This document shows, one piece after another, positions 39,746 through 48,719 of a stretch of 64,000 bases of DNA. The DNA lies in IMG/VR virus record IMGVR_UViG_3300030107_003232, positions 4,492 to 68,491 of that record. One strand, 5' to 3'. The notes beneath the pieces are model-generated. The model did not search any database and was not told where the DNA came from. It saw only the letters and a list, made by a program, of their open reading frames with translations. Each line of letters opens with the position of its first letter. Position 1 is the first letter of the stretch. The translations under genes and the position numbers were made by a program. This stretch comes from a virus.

Positions 39746-40110
39746 GATTCACATAAGGGAGTAGGGGGGTTCAAGTAGGTTCGATAAGAAGGCTCAACGT
39801 ATATGCAGCCGACTATTCATCGTTCCCACCCCCTCTCCCACCATCAGATTCACATAAGCAGGGAGGGGAGTTCAACAGTCTTTTACAGGTTGTGTTCGTC
39901 ATTTCATACCTCCATTCTCCCCTCCTTGCACCTATACAATTACAGTAAAAATAACTCAACAACATAAGGGGGTGTAGTGGGAACGAAGGCGAGGCTATAC
40001 ATTTGGGGTAGTCCAAACCGTTATCCAATCGTCTTTACGAGAGCCGTCGGATAAGCCATCATGGTCGGAGAGAGATAAGATAATTACGCCATGCCCACGC
40101 ACCCCCACCT
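39745..40110 (+). ncRNA. Three tandem stem-closed RNA-like units (ACATAA - long stem - variable loop - stem - ACC)
   Basis: Units at about 39757-39843, 39858-39932 and 39968-40109; 11-13 bp G-rich/C-rich closing stems; no plus-strand ORF. Confidence 0.55.
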
Positions 40111-40488
40111 TACAATCAAGAGATGATAAAATGAAGCAAGCAAGAAGACATAGATACATACAGAAATTCAAGGCCCGCGTAAAGTCGGGTGAGAAGAATA
40201 GCCGCATGAAGAAAGGGGATGAATGAATGATTCGTGAGGCCATGAGCGAAATATACGATAACGAGTATGACGCAGTAGTAGCGACCGTGCGCGTGTATGC
40301 AATCGGATTCATGGCTATTATTACGCTAATAGTAAGTGCGGTGTTCCTTTGAAGTGCAACGACCCGACTCATCCAAAAGTAGTAGGCGAGTCCTATTGCC
40401 GTGTGTGCAAGCGAAAGAGCGAAGAAGAAGAATGACGCTTGCGAGGCGTAATCGAAGGGTTCTTAAGCAAACATCCCTACGACAAATC

Positions 40489-40644
40489 ATGGCGAAGGAC
40501 ACAGAAGCCAACGAGGACACAACGCAGAAAGAGGCTATTGAATGGCTTGAGAAGAACGAACACTTATCGTTCTTAGGGCATGGAACACAGGCCCGACATG
40601 AGTGGATGGTTGAATACATGAGAAGGATAGCAAAGGGTGAGTGA
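40489..40644 (+). CDS. Small hypothetical protein
   Basis: Start reassigned to MAKDTE, 55 nt after the motif and downstream of TTCTTAAG. Confidence 0.6.
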   Translation: MAKDTEANEDTTQKEAIEWLEKNEHLSFLGHGTQARHEWMVEYMRRIAKGE

Positions 40645-40647
40645 GAA

Positions 40648-40878
40648 TTGAGAGCAAAGACAATCCCTCATGTGGAATACGAGATATTCCAGCATATACT
40701 TGACGAGATAGATATTTCTATCGTAAAAGAAAGTCTTGTTCCACGCGGAGATAAAATCGCCGAAGAACGATTTGAGAAGGGCGCGGCATCGGCAACGAAT
40801 CTGATTGAGAATCTGATTGAGCGTCGCCTACACAGGCTGCCGCACGACCACCCCGACTTCAAGGAGAGAGAGGCATGA
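40648..40878 (+). CDS. Hypothetical protein
   Basis: 76-aa ORF in operon. Confidence 0.6.
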   Translation: MRAKTIPHVEYEIFQHILDEIDISIVKESLVPRGDKIAEERFEKGAASATNLIENLIERRLHRLPHDHPDFKEREA

Positions 40879-41099
40879 AGCACATTAGAGAGGGATTCGA
40901 TAGAATCTGTGGAACACCTGTACCGGAACAAGGCGGCTACATCAGCGATGCTGAATGGCGCAAGTTGCCGGAGTGTCCGGTATGCTTCGCCAAATACCAG
41001 CCCACGCTTGCGAAGCAAGAACGACAGACTCAAAAGCAAACTGCCCCACCAAAGACTGTAAGACAGGGGCTATACCTGCGACAATATACGAGGCGATGA
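40875..41099 (+). CDS. Small Zn-binding protein
   Basis: H...C...CPVC. Confidence 0.55.
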   Translation: MKHIREGFDRICGTPVPEQGGYISDAEWRKLPECPVCFAKYQPTLAKQERQTQKQTAPPKTVRQGLYLRQYTRR

Positions 41100-41102
41100 A
41101 GA

Positions 41103-41414
41103 ATGAAACCAATTAGTAATATCTCAAAAGTAAGTGGTAAAACCACACGGGTAAAGAACGGCTGGATGATAAAGGCGATAGCACGCTACCTTGACGAAGT
41201 AGGAGAGGCGACGGCTACGCAAATAAAAAACCACGCAAGGAGTAAGGGTAGTAAGCGCAAGGCCAGCGGGTCGAGGCTCACAGGACTAAATGCTCAACAG
41301 ATAAGCGGTCGTCTAAGGATTCACAAATCATTCGCGGCTGAGAAGAAGTTTTGCACTCACTCAAGAAAGGAAATTAACTATTGGAGATTAGTAAATAGGG
41401 AGTTAATTGAATGA
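41103..41414 (+). CDS. Putative winged-HTH protein
   Basis: IARYL...ATATQI...NAQQISGRL...YWRL pattern. Confidence 0.5.
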   Translation: MKPISNISKVSGKTTRVKNGWMIKAIARYLDEVGEATATQIKNHARSKGSKRKASGSRLTGLNAQQISGRLRIHKSFAAEKKFCTHSRKEINYWRLVNRELIE

Positions 41415-41523
41415 GATGCGAAGTATGCAAGGGCAGGGGCTTTACCATAGGATTCAGCGTCGTTGCTATGGAGAGAGAGATGGAACGATGTTGGGCGTGC
41501 AACGGTTGCGGTAAGGTGATTGA

Positions 41524-41763
41524 ATGAGTAAATTTGAGGAAAAAGTAATTGATAAGATTCGTAGCCGAGCAGAAGTCGGTAAGAAAAAATACGGCACGAC
41601 AATGGAACGCGAAGACCTTTCATTGATTGAGTGGCTGACCCATCTTCAAGAGGAACTGCTGGACGCAAGTGTATATGTCGAGCGGCTCATCGAAGATACA
41701 CAATGTCCGATTCATGGTCTTGAGGATGCGGGTTGCCCGTATTGCAGACGCTTGCGAAGATGA
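41524..41763 (+). CDS. Small all-alpha NTP-pyrophosphatase-like viral protein
   Basis: RAEVGKKKYGTT...WLTHLQEELLDASVY (EExxD acidic motif). Confidence 0.55.
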   Translation: MSKFEEKVIDKIRSRAEVGKKKYGTTMEREDLSLIEWLTHLQEELLDASVYVERLIEDTQCPIHGLEDAGCPYCRRLRR

Positions 41764-41801
41764 ATAGAAACCCTTAAAACAGACTGATGCGTGGGATTTT
41801 T

Positions 41802-42071
41802 ATGAGAAAAAAGCGAGTTAGACGGCAGATTGTGGACACCCTGCGAGCGAATCCCGATGGGCTTACGGCAGGTCAAATACTTGACCGACTACCCTCACAA
41901 AGAAATGTGAGCGATGCAAGGCATTTAGCGAACCTGCTACGAGGGATGAAGAACATAAAGAAAAGAAAGGTAAAATTGGGCCATCAACCATTCTATGCCG
42001 CAAAGAAGAATCACGTTGCTACATGGTATGTAAATGAATACTATTACGATGAAGAAGGGGCAGAAATATGA
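41802..42071 (+). CDS. Putative winged-HTH protein
   Basis: IVDTLRANPDGLTAGQILDRL...LANLL; motif at -55. Confidence 0.6.
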   Translation: MRKKRVRRQIVDTLRANPDGLTAGQILDRLPSQRNVSDARHLANLLRGMKNIKKRKVKLGHQPFYAAKKNHVATWYVNEYYYDEEGAEI

Positions 42072-42316
42072 AGAAATACAAAGATTATTTAGCGGAAAAA
42101 GAAAGAGCGGTGAAAGAAGACGACCCTGTGTTTGAATACACAGACAACCATGACTTGAATGAGATGCGGCAGTTGGTCGAAGACATGACGAGATGGATGA
42201 GCGTTGGTTCAAATGCCGTCAAGACTTCACAGAAGATGTTGCACGACTTCAAAGATGTTATGAAGCGAGCAAACGCAATAGTGCGTGATAACAAACTCAA
42301 GCGGGGCGATTACTGA
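42068..42316 (+). CDS. Hypothetical protein
   Basis: 82-aa helical ORF. Confidence 0.6.
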   Translation: MKKYKDYLAEKERAVKEDDPVFEYTDNHDLNEMRQLVEDMTRWMSVGSNAVKTSQKMLHDFKDVMKRANAIVRDNKLKRGDY

Positions 42317-43254
42317 TGGCGAAGCGATTTGTGGAATTAGTAGTGGCTGACTTAGAGGTGCAAGAGGCGAGAGAGTATCACGATAAGGGAACGAAGGCGC
42401 AGAAGCACCCTTACGTCAGATTGCGACACTTAAGAAAGGGTGGGGGTAAATCATTTCCGAACTACGAAATCAAAGATAGATATGTAATGTATCGCCTGTT
42501 GAAATCGTGCGACCCGTCATTGGCCTATGATATGATGATGCAGACCCTGTATCATGTATCTATCGAGGACAGGCCGCCGATGCAAGACATATTGCAGGGC
42601 TACATAGACCATGCTGAAACCGACCGCATAGGCGTTTGGGTTGAGTACGCAAATAAAAAACCACGCGAGGTTGAGGTATGGTATTCATCTGACGACTCGA
42701 TAATCCTTGCCGTTGATAACACCGACTTTACCATGAGCCACTACTTCAACAGCACTTGTAGTTTTATACGGGCTAATTACCTGCCGGACTACACAGAAAG
42801 CAGTAGGACAATGACTATGCAAGGAAAGCAATATCCCGTGATGCAATTTACAAAGAAAGAAGAAGATATTAGTTGGATAACACCGGATAAAAAAATATAC
42901 ACGGCAATAGAAATACTATCCTGTAATAATAAGACTTACATTAAGGGTAAAGTATCTGTTTTCCCTGTACCCTCTAATAGTAGGCATAACTTACAATTCA
43001 CACCAATGAAGGTCTTTGACGGCTTCGCGCATACACTTAATGCGGCTGAGTTAGGGGCGTATCTATCCCGTCTAACTCGCACGCTTGAGTATGCCGCTAC
43101 ACTTAACCTAAACCCTATACTTGGTGAGTTCTCGGACAGTAATAGATTGATGGATTGGATGGAGAATAGCAGACTTGAATATGAAAATGCCCATAAAACT
43201 AAGTCGGGTATTGACGGACTCGTTAATTCTTTCTATAATTCACTTACGGACTGA
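42316..43254 (+). CDS. Hypothetical protein
   Basis: 312-aa ORF; no family recognised. Confidence 0.7.
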   Translation: MAKRFVELVVADLEVQEAREYHDKGTKAQKHPYVRLRHLRKGGGKSFPNYEIKDRYVMYRLLKSCDPSLAYDMMMQTLYHVSIEDRPPMQDILQGYIDHAETDRIGVWVEYANKKPREVEVWYSSDDSIILAVDNTDFTMSHYFNSTCSFIRANYLPDYTESSRTMTMQGKQYPVMQFTKKEEDISWITPDKKIYTAIEILSCNNKTYIKGKVSVFPVPSNSRHNLQFTPMKVFDGFAHTLNAAELGAYLSRLTRTLEYAATLNLNPILGEFSDSNRLMDWMENSRLEYENAHKTKSGIDGLVNSFYNSLTD

Positions 43255-43398
43255 AAGAATAAAACGCACTACTGCGCCCCTATTTCCTATTTCTTCAATT
43301 CTTTCAAAGGTATGTAAGGTATAGGTAAGGTCTTTACATATCTATGAAGAAATTAAAAAAATAAACAACAGGCTCGCAGTATAGCGATTTATTATTTC
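43251..43398. repeat. Long imperfect palindrome, copy B
   Basis: Same arms and GGTAAGG..CTTTAC core as 23897-24086. Confidence 0.7.
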
Positions 43399-43452
43399 CA
43401 CGCTTGCGAGAAGAATAAAAATAATTAAAAGCGTAGTAGGAGAGGAGAAGAT

Positions 43453-43869
43453 ATGCCCCGACCACAGAATAAGCGATTGACGGAACGAGTCTATCATTAC
43501 TTACGAGAACAAGATAAACCTATGACCTCCCACGAAATCGTTTGGTGGTATATGGAGGAGTATGCGGCTGGGACTAAAGGGCCGGATGGATATTCCACGC
43601 GAAGCGGTATGGGGAACAGCCCACCGACACCAAACGCTCTATCTAATCTTATGAGGCGTAGCCTTCTCTTTGAGTGCGTAGGTAAAGAGAATAAAAAGGG
43701 TAAGGCTATTGATTATGAACGGAAAGATGGTAATAGTGTTAATCTATGGGTTGCGCGTCCACTTGATATTGTAGTTGAAAGGGCTATCGCAAGTAAAAGG
43801 CCCGTTAAAAAATATCCCGCATTTTTGCAAAAGGAAATGAGGAGGGTTTTAGATGCCGAAGATAATTGA
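43453..43869 (+). CDS. Putative winged-HTH protein
   Basis: VYHYLREQDKPMTSHEIV...PTPNALSNLM. Confidence 0.55.
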   Translation: MPRPQNKRLTERVYHYLREQDKPMTSHEIVWWYMEEYAAGTKGPDGYSTRSGMGNSPPTPNALSNLMRRSLLFECVGKENKKGKAIDYERKDGNSVNLWVARPLDIVVERAIASKRPVKKYPAFLQKEMRRVLDAEDN

Positions 43870-44623
43870 TAGTAGGGGCGATACAGACTTTGTATGGCTT
43901 GAAGACATACACTACGAAGATAGCACATTAGTTGCGTTCTATCAGAACGAACAAGGCTTTGCCTCATTCATAGCAGGGGCAAGCATTGTAGGCGAGCATA
44001 AGCCCGTATGTAGGATTCTATCTAAGTTGCATCAAGTCGAGGCCATGAACACTATCCCTGCGCCGATTGTTCCCGAATGGCGAATCTATGAAATGTATAA
44101 CGAGGATGGTCGCCGTTATTTTATCCTAAGAATAAATCACGCATACATACCATCGAATACACGGAATAAAGCATGGCTTTACAATTATCCCGTATTCCGT
44201 GATATAGTTAGCGTGCTATCTGAAAAAGGAGTTAATGAATTAGTTTATCTTACGGCAAATATAATGCAAGACTTCATCTTTAGCGAGCAGGTGCAGATAC
44301 CTTCTGATGAATTGATTGTCTATGACTATGATGAGAAGGATGATGCGCTACACTTCACGGATGGAACGGTCATGGCTATGACCGAATTACCTATACCGCC
44401 GCCATCGTGGATTCTATGTAGTGCCTTTGAAAACTTTTGCGCTAATACTATTCGTGGTAATTGGTTAGTGATTGCAGCAAATACAAATACCACTTTCATA
44501 AATGAAAGAGAGGCGGACAGATTGATAGAGTATCTTAGAGATACACACGCACTACTTCACAACGAAATGTATAAAGCCGAGTTAATGGAGGTTCTTTATG
44601 AAGCGGAGGGTGAGATGGTATGA
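43853..44623 (+). CDS. Hypothetical protein, possibly PAC2-like fold
   Basis: Weak resemblance only (QGFASFIA; RDIVSVLSEKGVNELVYLTA). Confidence 0.35.
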   Translation: MPKIIDSRGDTDFVWLEDIHYEDSTLVAFYQNEQGFASFIAGASIVGEHKPVCRILSKLHQVEAMNTIPAPIVPEWRIYEMYNEDGRRYFILRINHAYIPSNTRNKAWLYNYPVFRDIVSVLSEKGVNELVYLTANIMQDFIFSEQVQIPSDELIVYDYDEKDDALHFTDGTVMAMTELPIPPPSWILCSAFENFCANTIRGNWLVIAANTNTTFINEREADRLIEYLRDTHALLHNEMYKAELMEVLYEAEGEMV

Positions 44624-45957
44624 CGTTCAATGTATTCGATAAAACAAATGAGTTTGCGCGAAGAAATTATTTCATAGGTGTTGAGGATAAAATCCCCATC
44701 TTTCTATGTAGTGTGGGCGGACATATATTCAATGCGCTGAACAAATGTAGCCGCTGCGACTTCGACCCCGACAGCCCATTGGTGGATGAAGAAGAAGACT
44801 TCATCATCGAGAACTGTCCGCTACGGCACGACAACATACCGTTTTACACGCCGATGTCGCAGTTGCCGGACACGCGCATACACATACTAATGCGTGGCGC
44901 TAAGGGTTCGGGTAAATCTGTCTTAATACTAATGTTCCTTGCAGAAGGAACAGGTTTAGTCTATTCTTCTAATGCTGACTTAGGACAGGGTATGCGAACC
45001 ATGATGGGCGCGAACTCTATCACAGAAGCAGGTATGTTCGGCTCGGTGGATGAAGAAGGCGAGATAGCAGGGCGACCTATCGCCCGTGAGATGTGCGGCG
45101 GATTCTTGGGCTTTGAGGAGTTTTCGTCTATGTCTGATGCGTCTAAAAAAGACCACAGTTTAGACATGAAGAATCAGTTGCTAACTTCTCTCGATAACGG
45201 CAGGGTGCAGAAGGCCATGCGTAATGGTTGGGTGAATTACACCACACGCTACACCGTATGGGCTGGAACGCAGCCAGCACGATTTGAATTGGATTCGGGG
45301 CTTGACCGAAGATTCTTCATCATAGATATTGAGATGACTCCCGAAAAGGAGAGGCAATACAAACTCGCACAGCACGCACAGGCAAACATGAGTGTGTCTG
45401 AGAGAACTGATTTGGCTAATCTTAACATACAAATAAAAGATTGGATTCGCCAGCGAATGCACCAAGCGGTTGCTAACCCGCCAACAGGAATCATCTTCGA
45501 CGACGACATAATGGAGTGGATAGACCGCCCCGATGTTCGCTCTTTTGAGGCCGACCTGTTCCGCCGTATGTGTATTGGCTACGCCATGATGCAGCCGGAA
45601 TATCGAGGGGGGCAACCGTTGATTATCCGACTTGATGATACTCTTAGGGAAATACTAAATCAATCGCTTGCTATGCGAAGGCGAGTCATGGATGCAGATG
45701 TCGAACTAATCCGTGCGGCGTTTTGGATGAAAGATGTTCCGAAGTCGCAACTGCTCAAGGAGATTTCACGCATGATTACGCAAGGCGATTATCAGACCGC
45801 TAAGAGATGGCTCATAGAGAATCTTGAAGGACAGGGGTGGTATCAAGAGGTTGAACCAAGCGTTAAAAGGCGTGGTCGTAAGGGAGTTATATGCCGCTTC
45901 GGGCCGTTGTCTGAGGCGAGCGCACCCGTGAATTGGGGGGATAAAAATGCCGAATAG
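44620..45957 (+). CDS. MCM-like AAA+ helicase
   Basis: HILMRGAKGSGKS Walker A, SITEAGMFGSV, GFEEF Walker B, SLDNGRVQKA, GLDRRF Arg finger. Confidence 0.75.
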   Translation: MTFNVFDKTNEFARRNYFIGVEDKIPIFLCSVGGHIFNALNKCSRCDFDPDSPLVDEEEDFIIENCPLRHDNIPFYTPMSQLPDTRIHILMRGAKGSGKSVLILMFLAEGTGLVYSSNADLGQGMRTMMGANSITEAGMFGSVDEEGEIAGRPIAREMCGGFLGFEEFSSMSDASKKDHSLDMKNQLLTSLDNGRVQKAMRNGWVNYTTRYTVWAGTQPARFELDSGLDRRFFIIDIEMTPEKERQYKLAQHAQANMSVSERTDLANLNIQIKDWIRQRMHQAVANPPTGIIFDDDIMEWIDRPDVRSFEADLFRRMCIGYAMMQPEYRGGQPLIIRLDDTLREILNQSLAMRRRVMDADVELIRAAFWMKDVPKSQLLKEISRMITQGDYQTAKRWLIENLEGQGWYQEVEPSVKRRGRKGVICRFGPLSEASAPVNWGDKNAE

Positions 45958-46315
45958 AAGATATAAAAACCGATTGACTAAGCGCGGTAAGTGGGATAGA
46001 AGCAAGGCTTTGGAGTGCGCCGCAAGACATCTCGTCAAAGAGGACAGACCATTGAGTGCCGCTACTGTGTATGATAACATGAGATTCAAGAACAACACGA
46101 AGACGGGTGCTATCGGCAATCTTTATAGAAGCCATAGAACCGCTCAAACATACGGGCAGGTTTTGGGGAGGATGCTACGATGCCCTGCTTTCAAGAAAGA
46201 GAAGCGGGATGGAAAGGGTCCTTATGTTTTCTCTTGCGATAAAAATACTTATGATGAATGGTGGCCGACCGACCCACTAAGAGGTGAAGCCTATGCGAAG
46301 CAAAAGAGAGATTGA
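45947..46315 (+). CDS. Basic putative winged-HTH protein
   Basis: ARHLVKEDRPLSAATVYD...TYGQVLGRM. Confidence 0.5.
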   Translation: MPNRRYKNRLTKRGKWDRSKALECAARHLVKEDRPLSAATVYDNMRFKNNTKTGAIGNLYRSHRTAQTYGQVLGRMLRCPAFKKEKRDGKGPYVFSCDKNTYDEWWPTDPLRGEAYAKQKRD

Positions 46316-46910
46316 AACGAGATTAGCCACCGAAAATGACGCATTCGCCATTGAGGTGTTGCGTTGGGTTCTTGCGGGCGGTTGTGAAATGTGCGACCAT
46401 CCCGAAAAGCGCGAACTTGAGATGGAGGTTTATGGTGGAGATGTATCGCCGAGTTATCTTGAGGCTAAATATAATTGGCCGGATGGTTGCGTGATGAATC
46501 ACATGGATGCACACCTTGACTATGACCCCAAAGAGGCGAAGCACATTGAGAATGCTCGCTCGCAAAGTATAAACACTTTAGATTCAGCCGAAGATATTGT
46601 GAATAGGATTACGGCATACCTTGACGAGTTAGAAGAACTCAAGGAGGCGCAGGGCGGAATCACATCAGACTTCGTGGCTGATGCCTCTCGGCTTATCGCA
46701 CAGGCTAACACATCTCTAAAGTTAGTAGGCACGCTCAAGCGTGAGATAGGCGTTGATTCTCAATTGCTGCTTGCACACACGCAGTTAAACCAAGTTAGCC
46801 GCATTCTCGTTGAGGTGCTTGCAGACCAGCCTAAACTGCTTGACGATGTGGAGAAGAAACTCAACCGTCTGTCCGCACCGATTGATGTTGATTACGAGGT
46901 GATTGAATAA
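46293..46910 (+). CDS. Zn-HTH/coiled-coil protein (terminase-small-subunit-like architecture)
   Basis: CEMCDHP...NHMDAH followed by long helices. Confidence 0.4.
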   Translation: MRSKREIETRLATENDAFAIEVLRWVLAGGCEMCDHPEKRELEMEVYGGDVSPSYLEAKYNWPDGCVMNHMDAHLDYDPKEAKHIENARSQSINTLDSAEDIVNRITAYLDELEELKEAQGGITSDFVADASRLIAQANTSLKLVGTLKREIGVDSQLLLAHTQLNQVSRILVEVLADQPKLLDDVEKKLNRLSAPIDVDYEVIE

Positions 46911-47440
46911 TGGGACACCACGAAGGATTCGGGAGAGGCAAGGGCTTTACTGCGAAAGACCCGCAGCCACCTAATGATTTAGTAATGACCCCTATACCTG
47001 TCGCAATACAGACTATCAATCTTTATGATATTCCGGCGGATTCAAAAATACTTGACCCATGTAGGGGAGAAGGGGCATTCTATGATAACTACCCCACTAA
47101 TTGTGAAAAGGACTTTTGCGAGATAACAGAAGGCAAAGACTTCTTCGATTATGAAGGTCATGTTGATTGGATTATTACTAACCCACCATACAGTATTCTT
47201 GATGAGTTTTTACTAAAGTCATTTGAAGTTAGCGATAATGTAGTATTTCTAATACCATTAAGTAAAATGTTCTCAAGTTTTAGGCGAATTAGACAAATAC
47301 TCGATTACGGAAATATAGTATCAATAGATTTAGTCAGCGCAAGTAAATGTGGTTTTCCGTTTGGTTTTCCCGCCTGTGCTTTTTACATGAAGCGGGGCTA
47401 TGAGGGCGAAACCCTGATTACAGAATGGCGGGGTGATTGA
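46910..47440 (+). CDS. DNA amino-methyltransferase (orphan)
   Basis: ILDPCRGEGAF SAM motif and IITNPPYS catalytic motif. Confidence 0.85.
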   Translation: MGHHEGFGRGKGFTAKDPQPPNDLVMTPIPVAIQTINLYDIPADSKILDPCRGEGAFYDNYPTNCEKDFCEITEGKDFFDYEGHVDWIITNPPYSILDEFLLKSFEVSDNVVFLIPLSKMFSSFRRIRQILDYGNIVSIDLVSASKCGFPFGFPACAFYMKRGYEGETLITEWRGD

Positions 47441-47598
47441 ATGAAGAAGAATGAGATAACCTATCAAGAATGGACTTGGAAGCCGCGCGGCACTTGTTGG
47501 AAAGACTACATACGACTACAAAGAAAGATGCGTAGGTTAATCGTGGCTTCTCTAATATCTCTTACCGTAAATGTAGTTTTATTGGGGGTAATAATACT

Positions 47599-47850
47599 AT
47601 GAGAAAGTGGCGCAGTAAGCCGACTAAGTATCTCGCTACACGCGCGATAACTAAAGAGGAACTACCGCGCCTGTTTGATGCTATGAAAGAGGATGGTCTT
47701 ATCGCAATAATAACTGCGGAGGGCATCAAGTGGTATCATGGTGATTATAGAGTTAGTAAAAAAGTAGTTGGTGGTGTATGGTCTTTGAGTCCTTCGCAGA
47801 TGAAGCGAGTAATAGATTACATTTACGCGCACGACCCATTCGTGGAGTGA
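47599..47850 (+). CDS. Hypothetical protein
   Basis: 83-aa ORF. Confidence 0.6.
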   Translation: MRKWRSKPTKYLATRAITKEELPRLFDAMKEDGLIAIITAEGIKWYHGDYRVSKKVVGGVWSLSPSQMKRVIDYIYAHDPFVE

Positions 47851-47854
47851 TAAG

Positions 47855-48514
47855 ATGATTATATTCACGGATGACGAATCTCCATTTAGGGACGATAACG
47901 AAGTGTTCATGTATGGTTCAATTGATACTGTGCCGGATAGAAAGGACACTACATATTTCTTACAAAGCGATAAGTTCTCGTCCGAAGATGTGCTAAGTTG
48001 GTCGCCAATTGTTCAGAATAGATTAGTAATCATTACACGCAAAGCCCCTAAGTTGAGTAAGGCCGCTAAACAATTGTGCGTTGTGCATGATAATCTTAAG
48101 GGTAAAAGTAATGATGATACCTTTCTTATTGTTAAGGCAATAATAAATTGGGCAGACCGTGAACGAGTTGCGTCTGTATTTAATAACTCACCCATTCCTC
48201 TTTTGTTGTGGTTCTTGAAAGGGAACGAAACCGACATAGATGTGTGGAGAAGGTTCGCTAAGGTGCAGTATATTTTACCGGAAAAGTATCTTGAGGCATC
48301 AATCATCTATGGAATCACTCCGTCAAGAAAACGTGTATCGTGGCCTAAGAAGAAAGGTAAGATAAAAGAAAGACCGGAATTATTCAAAGCCGATGATAAG
48401 CATTGGGAAGTCATTTTAGAAAACTCTATAAGCGTGGCTAATAAAGTTAGGGAGTCAGGCGACATACCGAAGGGTATGACTCGCCGTAAGGTGGCTTCGC
48501 AAACATGGTTTTAG
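47855..48514 (+). CDS. Hypothetical protein
   Basis: 219-aa ORF with GGAGTGA SD. Confidence 0.65.
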   Translation: MIIFTDDESPFRDDNEVFMYGSIDTVPDRKDTTYFLQSDKFSSEDVLSWSPIVQNRLVIITRKAPKLSKAAKQLCVVHDNLKGKSNDDTFLIVKAIINWADRERVASVFNNSPIPLLLWFLKGNETDIDVWRRFAKVQYILPEKYLEASIIYGITPSRKRVSWPKKKGKIKERPELFKADDKHWEVILENSISVANKVRESGDIPKGMTRRKVASQTWF

Positions 48515-48696
48515 TAGGATTTCTCGGTGGGGTTATTCTATTATATTTATTAGGGTACGTTTGTATTGTTTTGGATAAATACCTTTTCCCTAAAAATAAC
48601 CATAATTTTTCGGCGCAAAATTCGACGCTTGCGAAGAATGATGATGATTCGTTTATAAACGGCATAATGTGGGCTGATGTAGGCAACGACTTATAA
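48505..48696 (+). CDS. Small membrane protein
   Basis: N-terminal TM helix. Confidence 0.5.
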   Translation: MVLVGFLGGVILLYLLGYVCIVLDKYLFPKNNHNFSAQNSTLAKNDDDSFINGIMWADVGNDL

Positions 48697-48719
48697 TACC
48701 TTAAGGCTAACATTTATAC

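Larger units (their letters stand above)
35796..48634 (+). promoter_or_regulatory. Dispersed upstream element (G/C)ACGCTTGCGA, 10 copies
   Basis: Copies start at 35796, 36130, 37036, 37773, 38700, 40434, 41003, 41747, 43399 and 48624; eight lie 54-56 nt before an ATG. Confidence 0.85.

Noticed and set aside
39745-40110. Canonical tRNA genes
   Set aside because: No cloverleaf with D, anticodon and correctly placed T arms could be drawn; kept only as units with tRNA-like ends.
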